Assembly (NCBI GenBank): GCA_030059665.1
Contig: JANVYR010000001.1
Coordinates: forward strand, 544,191-576,190
Direction: 5' to 3'
DNA: 32,000 bases
Source of the DNA: Candidatus Calditenuis fumarioli
Lineage (GTDB): Archaea > Thermoproteota > Nitrososphaeria_A > Caldarchaeales > Calditenuaceae
The notes beneath the pieces are model-generated. The model searched no databases. It was not told the DNA's origin and was given only the letters and a program-made list of their open reading frames with translations. Below are positions 1-9,140 of this stretch, piece after piece. The number at the start of each line of letters is the position of its first letter. The first letter of the stretch is position 1. The position numbers were made by a program, and so were the translations under genes.

Positions 1-1001
1 CTCACCGTCGAGTCCGAGAGGTCCCTCTGGAGCCTGGAGGTCTGGAGGCGGTTCGCGACGAAAGCGAGCAGGTCCGCTGCCAGCTCGAGGTTCCCCTCCG
101 CGTTCTCCGCCTCGACTGGGTTCTGCTTCTGGGGCATCGTGGAGGACCCCACCCTGGTCGGCTCGAGCGAGACGTACCCCAGCATCGAGAGAAGCCAGAG
201 GTCCCTGGCGAGGTCCGTCAGGGCCATCGAGAGGGAGGAGAGGTGGTGGAGGTAGATCGAGTGTCTGTCAGCTGGGATGACCTGCTTCGTCACCAGGACC
301 GGCTCGAGTCCCAGCGAGCTCAGGAACCGCCCGACGAACTCGAGGGTCCTCTCCCCCAGGACCTCCATCAGCCCGGCGTAGCTTCCGATGGCACCGCTAA
401 CCTTGCCTGGCATCCTGAAGCCCCTCAGCCTCTCGATCCACTCCAGCGCCCTCATCGCGTGGTACGCGAGCTCCCTACCGAGCGTCGTGGGAACAGCGGG
501 TTTACCGTGGGTCCTGGCGAGCATCGGCGTCGCTTTCTCCCTCAGCGCGAGCTCCGCAAGCTCCTCGCAGAGCCTCGAGAGCTCCGGCACCAGGACGCCC
601 TCGTTGACCTCCCTCAGCGCCAACGAGAACGCGTTGGAGTTGACGTCCTCCGAGGTCAGACCGGCGTGGACCCAGACGGCGGCCCTCGCGTATCCCTGGG
701 ACCTGAGCCTCGCCTTCAGGAAGCGGACCACGGCCTCGACGTCGTGGCCAACATCCGCCTCGATCGCCTTGACCTCCTCGGCCTCCTCCGGACCGAACCG
801 CTCGGGAAGCGACTTCAGGTACTGCAGGGCACCCGGCTCGAGCTCGGCGACGCCCCACTCCGAGAGGGCCCTCAGGTACTCCGCCTCGACCAGAAGTCGG
901 TAGCGTATGTAGCCGAACTCGGAGAGGTGGGGCCTGAGGTCATCGACCAGGTCGGCGTACCTTCCGTCGACGGGGGAGAGGGCGAGGAGCCTGTGCCTCA
1001 C
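1..1001 (-). CDS. purB: adenylosuccinate lyase, 5' part (about 333 codons; C-terminus lies left of the window)
   Basis: Not in the ORF track because it runs off the window edge. Manual minus-strand translation from GTG 1001-999 gives MRHRLLALSPVDGRYADLV...VWVHAGLTSEDVNSNA...ARTHGKPAVPTTLG...GKVSGAIGSY...GSSTMPQKQNPVEAEN. This contains the fumarate-lyase/PurB signature GSSxMPxKxNP (coded near 120-160). The start GTG overlaps the purA stop (GTGA at 998-1001). Confidence 0.85.
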   Translation of the reverse strand, partial: MRHRLLALSPVDGRYADLVDDLRPHLSEFGYIRYRLLVEAEYLRALSEWGVAELEPGALQYLKSLPERFGPEEAEEVKAIEADVGHDVEAVVRFLKARLRSQGYARAAVWVHAGLTSEDVNSNAFSLALREVNEGVLVPELSRLCEELAELALREKATPMLARTHGKPAVPTTLGRELAYHAMRALEWIERLRGFRMPGKVSGAIGSYAGLMEVLGERTLEFVGRFLSSLGLEPVLVTKQVIPADRHSIYLHHLSSLSMALTDLARDLWLLSMLGYVSLEPTRVGSSTMPQKQNPVEAENAEGNLELAADLLAFVANRLQTSRLQRDLSDSTV

Positions 1002-2245
1002 CGCTCGAGCACCTCCTCGATCCCCGGTCCTATCCCGATGTGAGATACGGGAACCCCGAGCTCGGACTCGACGAACTCGACGTAACGCCTCGCGTTGGGG
1101 TGTAGCGCTCCGTACCCCTCCCTCATCAGCCTCGAACGCTCCGCGCCGTCGATCGGAGGCCACCCTTCCAGCTCGACGTACTGGGGCCTGACGCGCTCCA
1201 GGCCGCTGAGGCTTTCGGGGAAGGAGACGGCTCCCTCGTAGGAGACGCAGACCCTCACCCGCTCGAGGCCGGAGAGCGTGTCGAGCCTCGTCAGGAAGAC
1301 CGAGTCGACGCCGTTCAGCTCCACCGCGAATTTCAGCTGCGGGAGGTCGAGCCACCCGATCCTCCTGGGCCTGCCAGTGGTGGCGCCGTACTCTCCGCCG
1401 GCAGACCTGATGCGCTCCGCCAGCTCCCCCTGGATCTCGGTCGGGAAGGGGCCAGAGCCGACCCTGGTCGTGTAGGCCTTCGCAACGCCTACCACCCTTC
1501 CCAAGCTCCTGAACGGAACACCGCATCCCACAGCGGCGCTCGCGGACGTGGTGAGGCTGGAGGTCACGTAGGGGAAGGTGCCGAAGAGGAGGTCGAGCAT
1601 CGTCCCCTGAGCTCCCTCGAAGACCACGGTCCCCCCTCCACTAAGCGCGCCTGAGATGACGGGACCCGTCTCGACCACCTTCACCTCAAGCCCCTCGAAC
1701 GCCCCCAGCAGCTCCCTCGCCTCCTGCTTTGGGTCCGGGCCTCCGAGGCGCCAGAAGTCCCTGAGCTCCCTGAGCCTCGCGACCAGCGAGTCGGGCTCCA
1801 GAAGGTCAGCCACCCTGACCGAGAGCCGGGCAGACCTCTCCACCGACGTAGGACCTATCCCCCTCCTGGTGGTCCCGATCGGCCTGGGACCCTTGAGGCC
1901 CTCCAGGAACTCCTCGGCGATCGACGCGGACGGCCTGATCACGGACGCCCTCGGGCTCAGGTAGACCTCGATCTCACCCCTCACCCTCCTGACCTCCTCC
2001 AACTCCTCCTTGAGGACCCTGAGGTCGACCAGGACGCCGGCGCAGATCGCGGCCGACCCGCAGACGACGCCACCTGCGGGTATCAGGTGTAGCCTCAAGA
2101 CCCTTCCGTCGTACAGGATTGTGTGGCCGGCGTTGGGGCCTCCGTTGAACCTGACCGCGAGGCGCGCCGACCGGGAGAAATATGCTGCTACCTTGCCCTT
2201 CCCCTCATCGCCCCACTGGAGGCCGATGACGGTGATCGAGGGCAG
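998..2245 (-). CDS. purA: adenylosuccinate synthetase
   Basis: The ORF-track protein 998..2098 carries GTTRRGIGPT, GPFPTE and EYGATTGRPRRIGWLD. The same frame stays open upstream to 2251 and encodes the P-loop segment ITVIGLQWGDEGKGK (2192-2236) without any ATG/GTG/TTG. The 5' end is therefore placed at CTG 2243-2245 as a best guess (see finding). Stop TGA 998-1000. Confidence 0.85.
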   Translation of the reverse strand: MPSITVIGLQWGDEGKGKVAAYFSRSARLAVRFNGGPNAGHTILYDGRVLRLHLIPAGGVVCGSAAICAGVLVDLRVLKEELEEVRRVRGEIEVYLSPRASVIRPSASIAEEFLEGLKGPRPIGTTRRGIGPTSVERSARLSVRVADLLEPDSLVARLRELRDFWRLGGPDPKQEARELLGAFEGLEVKVVETGPVISGALSGGGTVVFEGAQGTMLDLLFGTFPYVTSSLTTSASAAVGCGVPFRSLGRVVGVAKAYTTRVGSGPFPTEIQGELAERIRSAGGEYGATTGRPRRIGWLDLPQLKFAVELNGVDSVFLTRLDTLSGLERVRVCVSYEGAVSFPESLSGLERVRPQYVELEGWPPIDGAERSRLMREGYGALHPNARRYVEFVESELGVPVSHIGIGPGIEEVLER

Positions 2246-2246
2246 C

Positions 2247-3698
2247 TCACGTCACCCGTTCCACGTCGTGCGGCAGCCCCTCCCTGTACCCAGCCTCCGT
2301 GATCCTGACGAAGACCGCCCGCTCCCTCAGCTCCCTTATGGTGCGTGCTCCGAGGTAGCTCATGCCGGACCTGAGGCCGGCGACGAGCTGTGCGAGGACC
2401 TCGGCGACCGAGCCGCGGTAATCGACGTACGCCTCGATCCCCTCGGCCATGAACGAGTAGTCCGCGACCTCGTCGAGGTCCAGATCGCCCTTCTCCCTCG
2501 CCTCCCTCCCGAGCATCGCGTAGAACGATGCCATCCCCCGGTAGACCTTGCTCTTCTTCCCGTTGCGAACCACTACGGCTCCCGGGCTCTCGTCGGTACC
2601 TGCTAGCAGCATCCCGATCATGACGGTCGATGCGCCCGCGGCCAGCGCCTTGACGAGGTCCGCGGAGCTCCTGATCCCACCGTCGGCGATCATCGGGACC
2701 CCCGTCCTCTCGGAGACCTCGGCGCAGTTCATGATGGCGGTCAGCTGCGGAACCCCCACACCGGCGACGACCCGCGTGGTGCAGACGGCTCCCGGGCCGA
2801 TGCCGACCTTGACGGCGTCCGCGTAGGCCGCCAGGTCCTCGAAGCCCTCGGGTGTCGCGACGTTTCCGGCGACCAGCTGCACGTCGTCGCCGAACTCCCT
2901 CCTCAGACGCTTCAGCGCGCTGAGCACCATCTCCATGTGACCGTGGGCCACGTCGATCACCAGTGCGTCGACCTCAGCCTCCAGCAGCGCCTTGGCCCTC
3001 TCGAGGTAGTCGGGCTTCACGCCGATCGCGGCAGCGACTCTCATCCTGCCCTTCGAGTCCCTGGTGGAGTGGGGATAGAGCCCCCTCGACTGGATGTCCT
3101 TCGCGGTGATCAGGCCCCTCAGCCTCCAGTCGTCGTCCACGATGGGGATCTTCTCGACGCGGTGGGTCCGTATCAGCTCGATCGCCTGCTCCTGCGTGAC
3201 GCCGGGCCTCGCGGTGATCAGCTCGTGCCTCGGTGTCATCACCTCCCTGACCGGCCTCTCGTCGGGCTCGAAGAGCAGGTCCCTCCTCGTCACGATGCCC
3301 CAGACCCTCCTGTCCCTGTCGACCACGACGAGCCCCGATACGCCGTGCCTCGCCATCTCCCTCCTGGCGTCGCCCACCGTCGCCTCTAGCGGTATCGTGT
3401 AGGGGTCCTCGATCAGAACGCCCTCGGCGCGCTTCACCTTCTGGACCTCCTTGACCTGCTGCTCTATCGGCATGAACCTGTGTATCACACCGATCCCTCC
3501 CTCCCTTGCCATCGCTATCGCCATCCTGCTCTCCGTGACCGTGTCCATGGCTGCCGAGACGATCGGTATGTGCAGCTCTATCTTCCTGGTGAAGAGCGTC
3601 CTCGTCGAGACCTCCCGCCTGGACCTTATGTCCGAATATCGGGGCACCAGGAGCACGTCGTCGAAGGTGAGGGCCAGCTCCTCCACGAACCGACCCAA
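2247..3698 (-). CDS. guaB: IMP dehydrogenase with CBS-pair insert
   Basis: 483-aa ORF with [10 protein letters not shown] near the N-terminus, two CBS-like segments (GLVVVD...[15 protein letters not shown]...GLITAKDI) and the catalytic loop [11 protein letters not shown]. The start may instead be GTG 3686-3684, which fits a TATA-like ATTTTAC at about 3709-3715. Confidence 0.9.
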   Translation of the reverse strand: MGRFVEELALTFDDVLLVPRYSDIRSRREVSTRTLFTRKIELHIPIVSAAMDTVTESRMAIAMAREGGIGVIHRFMPIEQQVKEVQKVKRAEGVLIEDPYTIPLEATVGDARREMARHGVSGLVVVDRDRRVWGIVTRRDLLFEPDERPVREVMTPRHELITARPGVTQEQAIELIRTHRVEKIPIVDDDWRLRGLITAKDIQSRGLYPHSTRDSKGRMRVAAAIGVKPDYLERAKALLEAEVDALVIDVAHGHMEMVLSALKRLRREFGDDVQLVAGNVATPEGFEDLAAYADAVKVGIGPGAVCTTRVVAGVGVPQLTAIMNCAEVSERTGVPMIADGGIRSSADLVKALAAGASTVMIGMLLAGTDESPGAVVVRNGKKSKVYRGMASFYAMLGREAREKGDLDLDEVADYSFMAEGIEAYVDYRGSVAEVLAQLVAGLRSGMSYLGARTIRELRERAVFVRITEAGYREGLPHDVERVT

Positions 3699-3811
3699 CC
3701 GATCCCACCAGTAAAATCAGGGACTTGGTGAAAAACCTGAGTCCGGAGGAGGGCTAAACAGGATATCAAACGATGACATGAACCAGGAAAAAAGAGGCGT
3801 GTGGTTGGACC

Positions 3812-4321
3812 TCAGAGGATCCGGAGCAGCGCGTCGACGGAGTAGGCACCTGGTCCGAGGAGGAAGAGCAGCAGCGCGACGCCCAAGATGAGCAGGTCGA
3901 ACTCCCAGCCGCCGACACCGGCCACAAAGCCCCTCATGAACCGCCTCGAGTTGGTCACCATCTGATGGAGCATCTCAGGGGGCGGCACCATCGTTCCCAG
4001 CTTGCCGAGGTAGAGGGCTATAGTCCCGATCATCTCGAGCAGGAAGAGCAGCGCCACGACCCTCGTCAGGAAGCCGATGATCAGCGTTATCCCTCCGAGG
4101 AACTCCAGGAGGCCCACGAGGTCGAAGAGGGCACCAGGGATCCCGAGCTGCGACATCCCTCCCCTCATCATGGGCCTCGCGGGTCCGAAGAGCTTCGGCG
4201 CTCCGTGGACGATCATGATGAACCCCAAAATCAGCCTCGTCACCAGTAGCCCGGCGTCGCCGTAGGTTCCCAGGAAGTCCAGCTGGATCAAGCAGTTTTC
4301 ACCTCGCAACCCAGTTGCCAA
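3812..4321 (-). CDS. DoxX-family membrane protein
   Basis: 169 aa with 4 hydrophobic helices and a DoxX-like N-terminal pattern (LLVTRLILGFIMIVHGAPKLFG). Start uncertain: TTG 4321 or TTG 4291. Confidence 0.7.
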   Translation of the reverse strand: MATGLRGENCLIQLDFLGTYGDAGLLVTRLILGFIMIVHGAPKLFGPARPMMRGGMSQLGIPGALFDLVGLLEFLGGITLIIGFLTRVVALLFLLEMIGTIALYLGKLGTMVPPPEMLHQMVTNSRRFMRGFVAGVGGWEFDLLILGVALLLFLLGPGAYSVDALLRIL

Positions 4322-4339
4322 ACGCCATTTTATTAATCG

Positions 4340-4352
4340 GTCAGTGACTGAC
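4340..4352. promoter_or_regulatory. perfect 13-bp palindrome GTCAGT-G-ACTGAC between a TATA-like box (ATTTTATTAAT, 4327-4337) and the HxlR start; candidate operator
   Basis: Read directly from the sequence. It lies in the 41-bp divergent DoxX/HxlR intergenic region, over the expected transcription start of the HxlR gene. Confidence 0.35.
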
Positions 4353-4362
4353 TTGATACCGG

Positions 4363-4836
4363 ATGACGACGGCGCCGGTGGAGGAACAGGAGCGTTGGTG
4401 TCCGGTGGCTGCAGCGACCAGGATGCTCGCCAGCGTCTGGGCGATCGTCGTGATCTACTACCTGATGGACGGGCCGAAGGGCTTCAACGAGCTCCTCAGG
4501 GCTATTCCCGGCGTCAACTCCAAGACCCTTTCCAGGACGCTTAAGCACCTCCAGGCGAAGGGCATCGTCGTGAGGGAGGTGGTCAGCCTCCAGCCCTTCT
4601 CGGTCAGGTACAGGCTCACCGAGATGGGTCAGGACCTAATGCCGGTCCTCGAGGCGCTGCGGGAGTGGGGGATGAGGTGGATGGGGCCTGACGCGGCACC
4701 AGACGGGACGGTACCGTCCAGGGCCGGGGCTAAGTCGTGCGAGGGAACGCCAATTACCGGGAAGGACGAGGGAGCCGAGCGAGGAGGGAGCGCTTGGGGA
4801 TCCGGAACGAAGCGGTCGTCACGGAGGAGCTCGTGA
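4363..4836 (+). CDS. HxlR-family winged-helix transcriptional regulator with a low-complexity C-terminal tail
   Basis: CPVAAATRMLASVWAIVVIYYLMDGPKGFNELLRAIPGVNSKTLSRTLKHLQAKGIVVREV...YRLTEMGQDLMPVLEALREWG is the typical HxlR/MarR-like core (about 107 aa). The last 50 or so aa are Gly/Ser/Arg-rich and overlap the next gene. Confidence 0.8.
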   Translation: MTTAPVEEQERWCPVAAATRMLASVWAIVVIYYLMDGPKGFNELLRAIPGVNSKTLSRTLKHLQAKGIVVREVVSLQPFSVRYRLTEMGQDLMPVLEALREWGMRWMGPDAAPDGTVPSRAGAKSCEGTPITGKDEGAERGGSAWGSGTKRSSRRSS

Positions 4837-5735
4837 AGGTTTACGAGGGAGGCGTCAGGGCGCTCGACGGCGTCTCGCTCCGGGTCGGAAGGGGCGAGGT
4901 ATTTGCGCTGCTCGGGCCTAACGGCGCCGGCAAGACCACGCTCGTCGAGATCCTCCTCACCCTCAGGCGTCCCACGTCGGGAAGGGCCTACGTGCTCGGC
5001 GAGGACGTCTCGGATCCGAGGAGCAGGTCGACCGTCAGGAGCAGGGTTGGTGCGGTCCTTCAGGAGTCCGATTCGTTCGAGCTGCTCACGGTCCGGGAGA
5101 CCCTCGAGCTCTACGCTAGCCTTTACGGCGCCGATCGCCGGAGGGTTGACGAGCTGCTGGAGCTCTTCGGGCTGAGCGGTTACGCGAAGAGGCTCTACGG
5201 CAAGCTCTCCGGAGGCCTGAAGCGAAGGGTCCTGGTGGCAACGGCCCTGATCAACTCACCTGAGCTGGTCTTCCTCGACGAGCCCACGACGGGCCTCGAC
5301 CCCGCGATGAGGAGGGAGGTCTGGGAGGTCCTGAGGCGAATGAGGGAGGAGGGCGTTACGGTCTTCCTCACGACCCACTACATGGAGGAGGCCGAGGAGC
5401 TCGCCGACAGGGTGGGTTTCATCGTGGGAGGGAGGCTCGTGGCGGTCGGCTCTCCGAGGGAGCTCGCGGAGAGGTACGGCGGCTCTAAGGTCGTTAGGGT
5501 CTCCGGGCTCGACCGGAGAGCTGCTGAGGAGGTGGCGAGGGCCCTCGGCGACGTCAGATCGGAGGGCGACGGGCTGGTTTACACCGCTTCCGATCAGAGG
5601 GACGCGAACAGGGCCGTCCAGACAGTCCTCTCGATCGCGCCGGATGCGGTCATCACCGTCAGCAACCCAGGTCTCGAGGAGGTGTTCCTCAAACTCACCG
5701 GTTATAGAATAACAGAGGAGGGAGAGGTCGCTTGA
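4794..5735 (+). CDS. ABC transporter ATP-binding protein (ABC-2/DrrA-type exporter)
   Basis: Walker A GPNGAGKTT, signature LSGGLKRR, Walker B LVFLDEPTTGLD. The ORF track starts at 4737. TTG 4794 gives the usual short N-terminus (MGIRNEAVVTEELVKVYEGG). The stop overlaps the permease start (TTGA 5732-5735). Confidence 0.85.
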   Translation: MGIRNEAVVTEELVKVYEGGVRALDGVSLRVGRGEVFALLGPNGAGKTTLVEILLTLRRPTSGRAYVLGEDVSDPRSRSTVRSRVGAVLQESDSFELLTVRETLELYASLYGADRRRVDELLELFGLSGYAKRLYGKLSGGLKRRVLVATALINSPELVFLDEPTTGLDPAMRREVWEVLRRMREEGVTVFLTTHYMEEAEELADRVGFIVGGRLVAVGSPRELAERYGGSKVVRVSGLDRRAAEEVARALGDVRSEGDGLVYTASDQRDANRAVQTVLSIAPDAVITVSNPGLEEVFLKLTGYRITEEGEVA

Positions 5736-6982
5736 GGAGGCCGATCGCGTTCGCCACGGTCGTCGTTCGCGATTGGGTGCGGAGCAGGTCGACCGTCTTC
5801 TGGACGCTCGCCTTCCCGCTGATCCTGCTGCTGGTCTTCGGCTCCGTCTTCGGCGACGTGAGGGTCACGAGCGTCAGGGTCCTGGTGGTGAACGAGGACC
5901 TCGATCCATCCGGAAGGCCGACCCAGCTCTCGGAGGCCTTCGTCTCAGCCCTCAACTCGACCGGGCTCCTCGAGCTCAGGCCCGTCGAGCCAAGTAAGGA
6001 CCTCGGCGAGGCGATGAGGGACCTCGGCGTCTACAGGGCGCTGGTGATACACCGCGGGTTCCAAGAAGGTCTGATCGAGGCCTCTGTGGCCGCGCGGATC
6101 GACGTCATCACCTCCACCCTCGAGTACGTGCTCGCCAACTTCGGTCAGTCCGTTCCTCCCGAGAACAGGTCGATGATCGAGGAGGGCATCTCGGCCCTGA
6201 GGCAGATGAGGTCTAACCTGCGCGCAGGACCTGTTTCGATCACCTTCGTCCGGGACGACGCGGACCCCTCAGCCGGTGCGGTGGAGGGCGTGATAAGGTC
6301 AGTGGCCCAGGCCTTCAACCTGAGGCTGATCGGCGCCAACGATTCCGTCGTTCTGGACAGTTCAGGACTGGGCTTCAGGAGGACCAGGTGGATCGACCTG
6401 TACGTTCCTGGGGTGCTGATGGCCTTCGTTATGGTCAACGGAGTCCTCGGCTCGTCACAGATGCTGGCCGACATGAGGCGGAGGAGGCTTCTTCGGAGGC
6501 TTACGATAACGCCGCTGAGGAGGTCCGAGCTGCTCGCGGGGCTGATGTTTGCCCACCTGCTGATGGCGCTGGTGCTGACGGTCCTGACGCTCTCTGTCGG
6601 CTGGGGCCTCTTCGGTTCCTCGTTCTCGCTCAACGCCCTCTCCGCTGCGCTCATCGTGGCCGGCAGCCTCCTCTTCACCTCGCTGGGCCTCGTGGTGGGA
6701 ACGGCCTTCAAGGAGGTCGAGGCGGTAAGCGCCGCGGCCAGCGCGATAACCTTCCCGATGATGTTCCTCTCGGGGGCAGTATTCCCCCTCGAGCTCGCCC
6801 CACCGGCGATGCAGGCGGTTGCCAAGTTCCTCCCGCTGTACTACCTCGTGGAGGGACTCAGGGCCTCGGGGGTTTACGGCAGCACGGTCTCCTTCATCGA
6901 GGGCCTCGCGGTGAGTCTGGCGGCCTTCCCGGTCCTGCTCCTGTTGGGTTCGGTCCTGCTCGATCGGGAGCTGACCACCTGA
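5732..6982 (+). CDS. ABC-2 type transporter permease with a large extracytoplasmic loop
   Basis: 416 aa: N-terminal TM, a soluble loop of about 170 aa, then 5 or so C-terminal TM helices. Translationally coupled to the preceding ATPase. Confidence 0.8.
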   Translation: MRRPIAFATVVVRDWVRSRSTVFWTLAFPLILLLVFGSVFGDVRVTSVRVLVVNEDLDPSGRPTQLSEAFVSALNSTGLLELRPVEPSKDLGEAMRDLGVYRALVIHRGFQEGLIEASVAARIDVITSTLEYVLANFGQSVPPENRSMIEEGISALRQMRSNLRAGPVSITFVRDDADPSAGAVEGVIRSVAQAFNLRLIGANDSVVLDSSGLGFRRTRWIDLYVPGVLMAFVMVNGVLGSSQMLADMRRRRLLRRLTITPLRRSELLAGLMFAHLLMALVLTVLTLSVGWGLFGSSFSLNALSAALIVAGSLLFTSLGLVVGTAFKEVEAVSAAASAITFPMMFLSGAVFPLELAPPAMQAVAKFLPLYYLVEGLRASGVYGSTVSFIEGLAVSLAAFPVLLLLGSVLLDRELTT

Positions 6983-7363
6983 ACTAGTATCGGTTTGATC
7001 ATCCGGATGTTGATCTTTATGCGAAAGAAGTAAATGTGGTTGGTGCTTCGCCATTCTAATTTACTGGGAGCATATCAGCTTCTTTCGGGTTTTGCTTGCA
7101 TTGTTGAATGGTTTGTATGGCCGTTGCCCTCCACTGCATATCGTGTCTGAACATCAGCCAAGTAGCGAGAGTAGCCTTTTACGTAGTTCCTCAAACTCTT
7201 CATCGGCAAACTTTGTAGATCTATTGCTATATTATGTGTCGATGTCATTGATAAGCTAGATTGGGTGACTCGGGCTGAAGCAGCCGTGCAGCCTGTCTCT
7301 TAAGAAATGGGAATTTTTTCCACGAAGTACTCCTTCAATGGACCACATGTTTAAAGTCGTGCC

Positions 7364-8128
7364 TCATTCTATGATGCGCCTAAAACTTATTGATGCTAAA
7401 ATGAATGATATTGCATCGAAGATCGTTATCGAAGCCAAATCCATTAGGAGATTAGAAAGGTCTCCAGTGATCAATAGTCCTCTGACAGCGTCAACGACGT
7501 AACTCAAAGGGTTAAACGTTGAAATCTCCCTAAGGAGAGGTGGCATTATTTGGGTAGGATACAAGGCATTGCTGGCAAAGAAAAGTGGCATAATTATCGC
7601 CTGTCCCAATCCCAAAAACCTCTCGCGGGTTTTCATAAAGGAGGCTATGAGTATGGATATGGCTGCAAACCCTCCTGAGGCCAGGAATATAATGGTGAAG
7701 GCTAGGACGAAATAAACCGGGTTGTGGATAAAATGTACTCCTATTATGAGAGCTACAGGAAGTATTATGAGGGCCTGAAACAGAGCCCTAACACCTGAAG
7801 CCATAGAGCGTCCTATAACCACCGAATACCTCGAAGCTGGAGTGACGAGCAGCTTCTTCAGAATTCCAGAGTCGCGTTCCCAAACCATCATCAAACCATA
7901 GAATATGCTGACGAATGTTGTTGTCTGTATCATAATGCCCGGGGTTATGAAATCGGTATATGGGACTTCTCCTGTAGGTATAGCCCTAACACTACTCATT
8001 ACGGGGCCGTAAATCACTATCCAAAGTATTGGTTGGACGGCCCTGAAGTACAATTCCGTCCTATCGTGACGTAATCTTCTCAATTCAAGCTCAACCATGA
8101 CCAACATGATTTTCAGACCTTTTATCAT
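7364..8128 (-). CDS. ABC-2 type transporter permease (low-GC copy)
   Basis: 254 aa, 6 hydrophobic helices, typical ABC-2 length. Lys/Ile/Phe-rich composition unlike the rest of the window. Lies 4 nt downstream of its ATPase. Confidence 0.85.
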   Translation of the reverse strand: MIKGLKIMLVMVELELRRLRHDRTELYFRAVQPILWIVIYGPVMSSVRAIPTGEVPYTDFITPGIMIQTTTFVSIFYGLMMVWERDSGILKKLLVTPASRYSVVIGRSMASGVRALFQALIILPVALIIGVHFIHNPVYFVLAFTIIFLASGGFAAISILIASFMKTRERFLGLGQAIIMPLFFASNALYPTQIMPPLLREISTFNPLSYVVDAVRGLLITGDLSNLLMDLASITIFDAISFILASISFRRIIE

Positions 8129-8132
8129 GTTT

Positions 8133-9140
8133 TCACCCCTTTCTAATCATATCTCGCATATGCTTAACATCGCTTATTCTTCCCTTCTCTACAATTCTTG
8201 TTCCAACAAACTTAAGAAAAACGTCGTCCAGAGTAGGCCTGGTAATAGAAACTCGGCCTATAGGTACGCCATTCTCTCTTAAGATATTTATTAAATATGG
8301 TAATGTTGATTCGGCATCGCTGACAATTACATTTAAGCCTTCCTCTTCAACAATAACATCTTTAACATAAGATGATTTGCGGAATTCTTGAGCTATATCA
8401 GGTTTGAAGATGCCCTTCTCGAATGTAATAGTAATAATCTCCCCGCCTAAGGAATGCTTCAACTCTTCGGCAGTCCCTCTCGCAACAATCTTTCCCTGAT
8501 TTATTATGGCTATGTTATCAGCATATTGGTCGGCCTCATCCATATAATGCGTGTTGAAGAAAATGGTTACGCCATACTCCCTTTTAAAAACCTGTAAACT
8601 TTCCCAAACCACCTTCCGGGCAGCAGGGTCCAAGCCAATGGTTGGTTCGTCCAAAAAGATTATTTTGGGCTTTATGAGCATGGCGCATGCTATTTCCAGT
8701 CTCCTGATCATTCCTCCTGAATACGTGCTAACGGGCTCGTTCTGCACACCGGTCAGACCCATATTTTCCAAGACCTCATCGATTACCTTCCTTCTTTCAT
8801 GACGCGGTATTCCAAAAATTTTCGCGTATATCAGGAGGTTCTCGTAGCCACTGATGTCTGTCCAGACGCTCATCTCTTGGGGGACATAGCTTATCAGCCT
8901 CCTAACTTTACTGCCTTGTCGAACGACGTCCAATCCGAAAACGCGCGCTTCGCCTGCCGTAGGTCTAATCTGTGTTGTCAAAATACGCATAAGCGTCGTT
9001 TTTCCAGCACCGTTAGGACCTAAAAGAGCAAATGACGTCCCGGCATCAACAGTCAAATCCACCTTATCCAATGCCCTTACCTTTCCACCATAAACTTTTA
9101 CAAGGCCTTTGGTCTGTACAGCAAGCTCCATATCGCTCAT
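8133..9140 (-). CDS. ABC transporter ATP-binding protein (DrrA/daunorubicin-resistance-like, low-GC copy)
   Basis: Walker A GPNGAGKTT, signature YSGGMIRR, Walker B IIFLDEPTIGLD, H-loop NTHYMDEA. 335 aa with the C-terminal regulatory-like domain common in this subfamily. Confidence 0.9.
   Translation of the reverse strand: MSDMELAVQTKGLVKVYGGKVRALDKVDLTVDAGTSFALLGPNGAGKTTLMRILTTQIRPTAGEARVFGLDVVRQGSKVRRLISYVPQEMSVWTDISGYENLLIYAKIFGIPRHERRKVIDEVLENMGLTGVQNEPVSTYSGGMIRRLEIACAMLIKPKIIFLDEPTIGLDPAARKVVWESLQVFKREYGVTIFFNTHYMDEADQYADNIAIINQGKIVARGTAEELKHSLGGEIITITFEKGIFKPDIAQEFRKSSYVKDVIVEEEGLNVIVSDAESTLPYLINILRENGVPIGRVSITRPTLDDVFLKFVGTRIVEKGRISDVKHMRDMIRKG

Noticed and set aside
243-1043. 266-aa plus-strand ORF (and nested 388..903 and 502..858 ORFs)
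   Set aside because: It is antisense to a clearly recognisable purB reading frame. Its Arg/Pro/Leu/Gly-rich composition is typical of shadow ORFs in high-GC DNA.
7075-7248. 57-aa minus-strand ORF (MTSTHNIAIDLQSLPMKSLRNYVKGYSRYLADVQ...) in the left non-coding arm of the low-GC insert
   Set aside because: I considered it as a remnant of an integrase or transposase N-terminus, but no recognisable motif supports that. It is too short to call.
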